Shown piece after piece: positions 24,048 to 33,057 of a stretch of DNA of 38,033 bases. The number at the start of each line of letters is the position of its first letter. The first letter of the stretch is position 1. The DNA comes from Chiloscyllium plagiosum. Taxonomy: Eukaryota. The translations under genes were made by a program, and so were the position numbers. Where the stretch lies: assembly GCF_004010195.1 (NCBI RefSeq), contig NC_057718.1, positions 21,998,670 through 22,036,702 of the forward strand, in the 5' to 3' direction. The notes below the pieces were generated by a model, which was given only the letters and a program-made list of their open reading frames with translations, was not told the origin of the DNA and ran no database searches.

Positions 24048-25134
24048 TAGCAGATATGTTGAGGCAAGGGAAGCAATTTTACAGAGAAGGATGTTAGTGA
24101 TTTTGGTAACTGAATGATCACATGTTTGGAAATGCATTATGGCTGAAATAAAACAGTTACCGTTGTGATTACCCTGATTTAGAAAATAAGAATTTGTTGC
24201 CTGGCGGTAGAGTTTACAGTGATGACACAAGAAATTGGCTTCAGTTTTGCCAACATTGAGTTATATTTATCCAAAAGTGAATGTCCTTTACTGTCTCTGA
24301 GTTGTCTGAACTGAGATGGTGTGTCATCAATGAACATGAAGCTACTTCACACCCAGAATGTTGATTGACCAATGCAATTCCAATATAATTTAATTGTTAT
24401 TCAGGCTAAGACATAACCACACCATATTAAACAGTAAACACCACCACATTCTACCACTTAAAAGTTACGGCATTTTTGGTAACTTCAAACTTTGGCTCCA
24501 CAACAGACATTTACTTAGCCAGAGCTAATATTCAATCTAGGTAGTAGTAAAAATAACGCAAAGTGTATGTATTAAAATTATGCTGTTTATTACAGGCATT
24601 GGAACACTGGCTGGAGCCTTGTCATTGCCCAGCTGTAAATCAGGCGGCACAGATAGATTTCAAACAATGCAGTTCAAAACCAGACAGGTAGAAATGTTGG
24701 GATTAACCCTCTCTCACTTTGGTTCAAATATGTCACCTATTTTGATCTATTCTTAGAGAAAACACTCAATTCCACAAATCCATGAGAGTGTGGATCTCAA
24801 TCCTTTTGATCTCAACCTGAGCTACACATAAAGTGATCAGACCATGGGATCTTTCAAAGTAGTTACTTTAAAAGCCAATACAAGCATGGATTTTTATAAC
24901 CTGAAGAAATCTAATAAGGAATAATGTTAATAATTTATCTAAGTATTAAAAACCTAGTAAGTACCTGTAGGGGACATGCACCCTCCTACTCCCTGTAACT
25001 AAACAGCAGCAAAGTTAACCGTTCAGTTCAATAAAACCTGAACAATTAAAAGCATTTTGTCACGGGTACACATGCACTTTAAAGCGTGAGATAATGTTCT
25101 TGAACAATCTCCTTCGAGAATCTATTAAACTCAC

Positions 25135-25230
25135 CTCTTATAATTTAACGAAACTAGCCTTCACTCCTCTTCGCCCCACATGGTAATTGGCACTTCACCC
25201 TTGAACCGGAACATCTCCGCGATCCGCCAG
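25135..25230 (-). other. HEATR1: Probable non-coding exon 1 of HEATR1 (5' end approximate)
   Basis: Strong donor GAG|gtgagt at 25134-25129 at the edge of a CpG-rich patch upstream of exon 2; exon 2 has an acceptor before its ATG, so an upstream exon is required. Confidence 0.65.
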
Positions 25231-25241
25231 CCTGTCTCCAA

Positions 25242-25390
25242 CAGCGCCCCCTCCGGCTGGGAGGAGTGTTTGGATGAAGCTCCTGCAGCGCCCCCTCCGG
25301 CTGGGAGGAGTGTTTGGATGAAGCTCCTGTCACAGCGCCCCCTCCGGCTGGGAGGAGTGTTTGGATGAAGCTCCTGTCACAGCGCCCCCT
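25242..25390. repeat. Minisatellite, 44/47/47-bp units plus a partial fourth: cagcgccccctccggctgggaggagtgtttggatgaagctcctg(tca)
   Basis: Units start at 25242, 25286, 25333 and 25380 and are identical apart from a 3-nt indel. Confidence 0.95.
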
Positions 25391-25507
25391 AAGGTTGGAG
25401 GCAGTGATTGTGAAGTCTCGACTTGGAGGTGCCGGTGTTGGACTGGGGTGTACAAAGTTAAAAATCAACACAACACCAGGTTATAGTCAAACAGGTTTAA
25501 TTGGAAG

Positions 25508-25542
25508 CACTAGCTTTCGGAGCGACGCTCCTTCATCAGGTG
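25508..25542 (-). ncRNA. Minimal type I hammerhead ribozyme motif
   Basis: Minus strand: CAC-CTGATGA-A-GGAGC gtc GCTCC-GAAA-GCTA-GTG; stem I CAC/GTG, 5-bp stem II, AGCT palindromic stem III, CUA cleavage triplet. Confidence 0.75.
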
Positions 25543-25632
25543 ATAGTGGAGGTGACATTGTATAATTTCAGTTACATCACACTGTAAATTTTTGCTATAA
25601 ATTCTGTCTGTTAGGATTGAGCCCTCCACTAC

Positions 25633-25667
25633 CACCTGATGAAGGAGCAACGCTCCGAAAGCTAGTG
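25633..25667 (+). ncRNA. Minimal type I hammerhead ribozyme motif
   Basis: CAC-CTGATGA-A-GGAGC aac GCTCC-GAAA-GCTA-GTG. Confidence 0.75.
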
Positions 25668-26780
25668 CTTCCAATTAAACCTGTTGGACTATAACCTGGT
25701 GTTCTGTGATTTTTAACATTGTGAAGTCTCCGCCGGGTTGGCCCCCAGCGGACAAGAACAACAATGTTGCCGTATGTGGCCTCACTTGTTCCCATGTTAA
25801 TGTTGCGCTGAAAACATTTCTTTTGACCTTTTGTGAGCAATGTTCATTTTGTGATTTTGTTATAAAACGGATGTTTCTGAGAATGAAAATGTTTTCTTTA
25901 ACAAAAACAGAAATTGCTGAAGAAACTCAGTCAGTCTGGCAGCATCTGTAACACACAACTCAAAACTTAACTCTTTCCCTACCTGATCGGACCCGATACA
26001 CATTCTCAAAGGGACAGCTGTATTCAAATCATCCAGTTGACAAAAAAGACTAAACTTGAAATATATTCCCAGTCACATTATAACCTGACATTGATAACCA
26101 AAGGTATTGAAATGCTACATATGCAACTGACATGTAAAACAGTTATTTACAATATACTGTAACTATCAAGAAGATTAATTCTCTGTTCATCACTAACTGC
26201 TGGATATCTAAGGGCATTAACAGTTACCAAATGGAATGTGTCTGTAACAATTCTGACTTCAAAGCAGATTTGTTTTTGCACTGTCTGAAATGATGAATTA
26301 ATACAACTTTATGCTGGAGAAAAATTAGCGTTACTACCGCCTTGTAAAGTTGCTACCTGTGAAGTGAAACAAAGACGTCCTCAGATGCTCAGGCAAAGTC
26401 AGTTCTCCCATGATTTGAACAATGCAAATAATTTCACTCCTTTGATGATTCCAGTGAAGATATTTTGTGGTGTCCCTTCAGCATCACAGATGGGATGTGA
26501 GCTAATTGTTATAGTGCATTCAGAAAGATAATTGTGTAACATTGTAGTGCAGTTAGTTGGTGTATAAATGCATTGTACTTTGCTTAGATAAAATACTAAC
26601 TGGCATCTCGGATTCCTCACAAGGTTATTTACAGGACTAGCTGGATTCTTAAATGGTATAACCCTTTATTTTTCCCGTCAGGATCGCAGCAGGGTAGGAT
26701 GCTCCACTTGGAGCTCCTCCACTCCTTCTATTTCCTTCTCTTTCCTTTCTTCAACGTTTGGTCTCTCAGTAGCATTCAGA

Positions 26781-26889
26781 TGGTCTCTCGGCATCCCTCA
26801 GCCTGGTCCCTCAGTGTCCCCCAGCCTGGTCCCTCAGTGTCCCTCAGCCTGGTCTCTCAGTGTGGTCTCTTGGCGTCCCTCAGCCTGGT
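26781..26889. repeat. 23-bp minisatellite (tggtccctcagtgtccctcagcc), about 4.5 copies
   Basis: Units at 26781, 26804, 26827, a partial one, and 26863. Confidence 0.85.
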
Positions 26890-27989
26890 GTCTTGACAAC
26901 ATGTCGGCTGACCTCTCGGCAGCTCATGGCGATGTCTCAGCTCAGCAAGTCAGTAGATCCTACCCAGGCATGTTCCAGCGGCACTGGGGAGATCAGAGAG
27001 GTGGTAGTTTCAGCAGCAGCGATGGTATCTGTGGCAGCAATGTTGAGAACAGAGTGAGTGAGATAAGCAGAGGATTCATCAAACTGTTGAACTTTTAACA
27101 TTCCTTTATTTTCCTCGTTTAAACTACAAAAGACTTAATGTAAACTATCACTTATTTCTTTATTTTTCTACTATGAAGTAATGCTTAACTTTTTAACACT
27201 CATTTCTCTTACTACTTTGTACATAAGCGTTTTTGTCCCAAGGTACCTTGATACCTAAGATGGTGCCATAGGTGGCAACATTATACACTTTTCACTGTAT
27301 TCCTATACTTGAATACACAGCACAATAAAAAAAGTTTTTAAAAACCTAACATTTCTCTGACAGAGAAGGAGGCAAAATAGACTTGTCTATGGTGGACAGT
27401 TAGAGAACATTCAAAATAAAAGATTGAGCTTTGGTCACACACAGCTCCAGCAACCCTCAAGAATACTACACCATCCAGGTCAAACCAGTCCTCATGATTG
27501 GTCCCCCCCATCCACTACCTTCAACATTCCCTTTACCATCACAGTGGCCCCAGGTCCTTCAACAGCAACAGTCAAACCTCTGTTTATTTTGTTTTTATTT
27601 TTTATAAATTAAACAGTACAAAATACAAACAGTTAACATGAACAGCCGTATACAAGTAACAGCAATTTACAAGGGAAAGGGATAGCAAGGCTGGACCCCA
27701 AACCTCACCGCTTTTAGGGTAATGAGGACAAACCTCAAATCCCACTTTCAGTCATCACAAAGGTAACAGTAACAAATACATACAAGACAGTCGAATCAAA
27801 TGAGAAACAGTGCATAGAATACAGATCCCCCAGCAAGCTACCTGTCCCTCCCACCCCCTGGCCACTCAAAGCAGCCTGCCCCTATGCCCCTTCCGGCTGT
27901 CAGTCCACCACGTGCCTCTGTGGCTCTCGGTCCACCCTGACACACCTTCCAGCCCTAAACCTCTGTTTATTACATCCCAGAAGATGATG

Positions 27990-28245
27990 TGGGCAGCAGA
28001 TGCATGAGAACACCACCACCTGAAAATTCCTGACCAAATCACACACCACCCTGACTTGAAACTATAAACATTACTGCTTCATTTGTTGCCAGGTCAAAAT
28101 CATCCTGACAGCACGGTGGGTGTCCCTTCCCCCAAAATACTGCAACAGTTCAGGAAGGCAGGTCACCACCACCTTCTCCCGGGCAATTAGGGATGTTTGT
28201 AAATGTTGGCCAAGCAAGTGATATCCACATCTCTTGAATGAATAA
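27990..28245 (+). mobile_element. Old LINE 3' end (same family as the 18640-19200 flanks)
   Basis: caccaccttctcccgggcaattagggatg...ccacatctcttgaatgaataaa tail. Confidence 0.65.
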
Positions 28246-28479
28246 AACTAAACTGTTTATCTTTTTGGTTGAGTGTCATAGATAATCAGATTGGGGCAGT
28301 TGGAAGGGATAGACCAATGAGAAATTAACATTATAGAAAGAACATTATAAAAACAAAGATCATGTTGCCAAATATTTTGAAGCATTTTTAAAAAATAATT
28401 ATCTTCACTCCAATTTGACTTGAATAATGCAGAGAACAAGACGACAAATAAATTAATTAACATGATCCATAATTTTGAT

Positions 28480-28966
28480 CAGAAGTCAGATGACACCAGA
28501 TTATAGGCCAAGAGGTTTATTTGAAATCACAAGCTTTCAGAGCGTTGCCCCTTTCTCAGATGAAGTGAGACGGAAGCCCACAGGCACAGAATGTATAGGC
28601 AGAGAGATCTAAAATCATACAAATGGTGTGATTGGAGAATCAACAGGCCAAAATTAGGTCTCTGCAGGTGCTCAAGTGTTAGAGAATGTGAGTAAAATGT
28701 AAATAGCTGAATAACAATATGATCTATAATCCGATTAAATGAAGTAGAAAGATAATCACAAAAAATTAAAACAAGGACAAACCAAATGACTAAAATAACA
28801 TAATAGGTATAGAAGTCACATATTGAAGATCTAACAAAAGTAATAAATAATCCAAAACTGTACAAACTAATTAAGGTAGAGGGATCATCACAATATATCA
28901 AAGTAATAGTGTCAAACTAGGACAGTAAGGAAGATTTTACAGATACAGAACAGTATGGTTGGGTCA
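28480..28966 (-). mobile_element. Penelope-like 3' fragment related to family B, with a decayed hammerhead at about 28527-28562
   Basis: 28490-28562 aligns by eye with 25470-25542; flanked by cataatttt(t)gat at 28468-28479 and 28967-28979. Confidence 0.7.
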
Positions 28967-30950
28967 CATAATTTTTGATGGTGAATGTGAAGCATGCACT
29001 GAAACGTTGCTCTTCAGAACAAGTCGAATTTTGTCACTGTAAGACATGAAGAAAATAACTCAAAATCTCACCACATGAACAGGACTGGAAACGATTTTCA
29101 CAGAGAAAATCACATAGTGAATGCTGAAATTGTAGAACTGTTGAGGTTGTTTAATGTCCTAAAGAAGAAGATCATTGTGACTCTTAAGTGCTTGCGAGGG
29201 AAGTGGCCCTATGAATGCGTGCTTCATAGAGAGACAAAACCTTTCATGTTAGTTATCTTGGCCATTCAATCTTTCCCTCTTCCCTCACCGTGAGCCTATA
29301 AGCAACAAACATGGGAGAGAATCAGCCTATAGTTGTATGAGCAATGAGCAGTTAGGAAAATAAGTGATGGCAGTGAGAGAATTACTGGCAGGGGAGGGAT
29401 CCTCTGCTGATGGGGCAGGAGGGGTGGCAGCAAGGGAAGGTTTAGAAGGAGTCTGAAAGGTGGAAGGGTTGGGCAGGGGACGAGGAGGCTCTCAGAGGAG
29501 GAGGCTGCAAGGGGCTGATAGACAGAGTGGATAAGGCGGACCCAAGGCATTTGGGGATGAGGTGGTTGTAAGAGGAGGGGAGAGGATGCTGCAAGATGGG
29601 TGGGAGAGGAAAAGAGGAAGTTGGAAGATAAGATGAGCAGAGTAGGAGGCTGGATTGGGGAAGGATGCTGCAAAGAGGGAAGCGGGAGGTTGGAAATGGG
29701 TAATGATAGGTTTCAAGTGGGATGGAGGGAGAGAGAGCTTAGAGTCTTTGTACTGGGACAGTACAAGGAAGCTGCAAGGTGGGGAAAAGGAAGGCTTCAG
29801 GAGGGGAAGTGGAGTCTGCATTGGGGGACGGGGGAAGCTGCAAGTAGAGAGATCAGTTTTAAATCTTTCAATTGAGGAATTCAAAATTAACTAGTTAACA
29901 GGAAAATTTCAAATCACTGAGGTTTGAAATTCCTTCCAAATAAATGTGAAATCTCTAGCTTGAGTTTGCTTTATTTCCACTATATGTGGAAGAAATATAG
30001 TGAATTACGTTGTAATAAAGATTGTGTTAAATTGAATTCTGAGATGCAAAAAGATGCAAACTGCTTGGTTAAATGTTCCAGCTTTGTGCATATGTAATGA
30101 AAACACATTAATGTAATGTCACCGTACTCTGGAATTTGTGTCTATATGTAGAAGTGTGTGTGCTGGTATTTTTAAACACAAACATCTTCAACAGCTCATG
30201 CCTGTTGTCTTGTTCCTTTTAAATACTGTAGTGCCTACTGACTTAATACTTTTCTTGTGTATTGTAGCTTCAGGTTTAATGTAAGGTTGATAATTATGGA
30301 AGATATTAATGAATTCTTCTAATTCTGCTTCTATGAGTCCAAATACCTCATATGCCAACACAAATACTGAAGGTATTAGTATTGTGTGACTGTATCAGCT
30401 AGCAGATGAGATACGAAAAAGTCACTGTAAATAAAAGTTGCTCTGGATAAAATCTTAAAAGCCTTAAAAATAAATATTTGATCCCTGAAATATTTCAGTA
30501 CCAAACTGGAATATCAGTCTGGATTACATGCTATTTATGATGTGGGTCTTGAATCCAAACAGTTCTGGCGTCCTTCCATACATGGAACATGGTGGGCATC
30601 CAGCAAACAAGTTTATCTCAGACAAATGTCTTCATGTGGCTGATCTTTAACTTTGGCTGACCAATCCTTGAGTAACAGTTTCTGTCACAAATGCTGCACA
30701 GGAAGCTATTTATCATGTTGTCATTTTGAATTGATACTTTTGTCCTTGGCATGTGTTGCTAAGCTACTGTAGCTGATTGTTAGCATGATGGTGAACATCA
30801 GTCCAAGGGGAGCTGTTAGCATTTCCCTCTGACATCAGCACATAATGTTATGGTGCACTTATCAATGTTTCGGGCTTTCATTGTTGTACTTGCAAGCACT
30901 CTTGAGGCAAAGCTTTAGGGGTCCCACTGAGTTTTCTGGCTCTGGCTACC

Positions 30951-31079
30951 TGTTATAGACCAGGCTAGACCCCTTAAAACATTTCAAGAAGGTAGCCCAG
31001 ACCTAACTTTGCTAGCTGTTTTTAGGAGGTTTAAAGTGGATATTCCAGGGGAGGTGCTATGGTCAAACCAGTTATTTTT
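30951..31079. mobile_element. LTR-like repeat, left part (continues at 37217-37433 after the L1)
   Basis: Begins TGTTA; sequence is continuous across the L1 TSD; LTR identity is inferred. Confidence 0.45.
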
Positions 31080-31246
31080 GGGACTCAGCAAGATGGTACT
31101 GATTGTGTAAAACTGCTGTGGACAGCTCTGCCTAACAGCCAAGGCATACTGGTGTTTTTTTGCCATCCCTGGCCAACTTATGTGGTGGAATTATTAGGTT
31201 AAAACTTTACAGAACACATATTTGTTAATATTTGGGAGTGGAAAGG

Positions 31247-32131
31247 ATGCCAAAGGGAAAAGGATTGAGCAAACAGCAGCAGGGAGGACACTCCCCTGCA
31301 GCACTACCACACCAGAGACTGCAGCAGCAGCAGCCTCTCCTGAACCCCCTCCCCCGGGGACCTGATCGACTCACAGGAATTGGCTGCGGTGATGGAGAGA
31401 CTTACCTTGAAAGTTGGAGCTGCGATTGAGGAGATCCGTGGGGAGATTCGTGCCCAGGTCCAACCTATCACATCCATACTGCAGAAGCACAAGCAGGAGA
31501 TCCAGGGCCTCAGGGAGCTGCTGGAAGAGGTGGATGGTCGAACTAAGGCCTCGGAAGCTGCGATGGAGTCCTCATCCAGTCGGATCCAGGTGCTGGAGCG
31601 AGAGGTGCGGGCCTTGCGAGACCGTATCGACAACATCGAAAATCGAGGTCGGAGGATAAATCTCTGACTTGTCGGGCTCCCTGAACGTGAGCAACGTGAG
31701 CAGCCAGTCAGCTTCTTTGAAAGCTGGCTGCCAAAGTTTTTGGGCTTTCACATTGAGTCCAGCAGGCTGCAGATTGAAAGGGCTTATTGGGTTACAGTGC
31801 ACAATTCAGGGCTAGTGCAGCGTCCCTGCCCGGTCCTAATGCACTTCCACTCTATAAGAACAAGCAAAAAGTGGTAGAAGCTTATAGGTTACTGGGAAAT
31901 GATTCGCAGGCACTGCTGTACAAGGGGTCAAAAATCAGGTTTTTCCAGGATTTCTCAGCAGCTTTAATTTGAAAGATGAAATCCTTCGATGAAGTTCAAA
32001 AGAGACTGATGAACCTGGGCATCCAGTACTCCATGATATACCCTGCAGTGTTCCATTTCAGCCACGAGGACTCAGTTTATACATTTGACTCAGCGGATAA
32101 AGCTAAAAACTTTGCAGACACTTTAAAATAG
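31247..32131 (+). pseudogene. L1 ORF1 (coiled coil plus RRM/CTD), disrupted
   Basis: MPKGKG start; coiled coil ending ...DNIENRGRRINL*LVGLPE; IRFFQDFS motif; frameshifts and stops. Confidence 0.88.
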
Positions 32132-32214
32132 ATGGAATGGCCTGAAGAACACGGTTAATGTTTGCTCTCTTTTCCTTCTTTCCCCATGTTTTCCCTTCCT
32201 TTCTTTCTCTCTCA

Positions 32215-32548
32215 TTCGATTACTTACAATGTGGAAACAGGCCCTTCGGCCCAACAAGTCCACACCGACCCTCCAAAGAGCAACCCACCCAGACCCATTC
32301 CCCTACATTTACCCCTTCACTTAACACTATGGACAATTTAGCATGGCCAATTCACCTAACCTGCACATCTTTGTGACTGTGGGTGAAAACCTGAGCTCCC
32401 AGAGGAAACCTGAGCTCCCAGAGGAAACCCACGCAGACACGGGGAGAATGTGCAAACTCCACACAGTTGGTTGCCCAAGGCGGGAATTGAACCCGGGTCT
32501 CTGATGCTGTGAGGCAGCAATGCTAACTACTATGCCACCATGCCGCCC
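32215..32548 (-). mobile_element. HE1/V-SINE-like SINE inserted in the L1 inter-ORF spacer
   Basis: Reverse complement of the 10452 family; internal 20-nt tandem duplication aaacctgagctcccagagga. Confidence 0.92.
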
Positions 32549-33057
32549 TCTAGTGATTTCTGTTTTGGAATGGGGGAAAAAAGACTTGGAATAAGTTGTT
32601 CCTTTTTTTTAATAGCTGGATTTTCTGATGGGAAATTTTGTGGATGTTCTTTGTTGTCTCCCTTTTTTTTGTTTGTTCTGTTTCTCTTTTAGTCACAAGT
32701 AGGGGTGACATGAAGCCAGGGATGGGTGGAATGTTCATCCTGACTTTGTCTTTTTTCTGTTGATTTAAGGATCATCTCCTTGTTTTTTTTCTGGCCTAAG
32801 CCTAAGGAACAATCCAGGTTTGAAGGAGGGAGGGGGGTAGGGGAGTGCCCCCTATCGGCAGGGGGAAAGAGTCTTCCATTCAAGATTTTATAGTTGGTTT
32901 TCTTTGTAGTTTTTTGGTAGTAATAGTTGTTTATAGTTACGATATAATAGTTTTTGTATACCTAATTCTTCGACTCTATGAGTCTTTATTTACTTGTGCT
33001 CAGCGCTTTGAAGCAGGGTTCTCCCTTCCAGGGGTTCAAGGGTCTCTGAAAGGGGAT

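Larger units (their letters stand above)
25420..25717. mobile_element. Fold-back Penelope-like insertion, family B
   Basis: Inverted arms at about 25457-25552 and 25624-25717; exact 13-bp TSD attgtgaagtctc at 25407-25419 and 25718-25730. Confidence 0.92.
25160..25810. promoter_or_regulatory. CpG-rich putative HEATR1 promoter region, interrupted by a TE insertion at 25420-25717
   Basis: Local CpG enrichment; ETS-type CCGGAA at 25206-25211; lies next to the putative exon 1. Confidence 0.6.

Noticed and set aside
25242..25390. Regularly spaced repeats resembling a CRISPR array
   Set aside because: Whole units repeat with no unique spacers; eukaryotic context and no cas genes
28527..28562. Further hammerhead-like motif on the minus strand
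   Set aside because: Core reads CTGAGAA and stems have mismatches, so it is probably inactive; kept only as TE evidence
29296..29894. Overlapping Pro/Leu/Ser-rich ORFs up to 130 aa
   Set aside because: Purine-skewed low-complexity DNA, probably a decayed TE; no recognisable domain or splice structure
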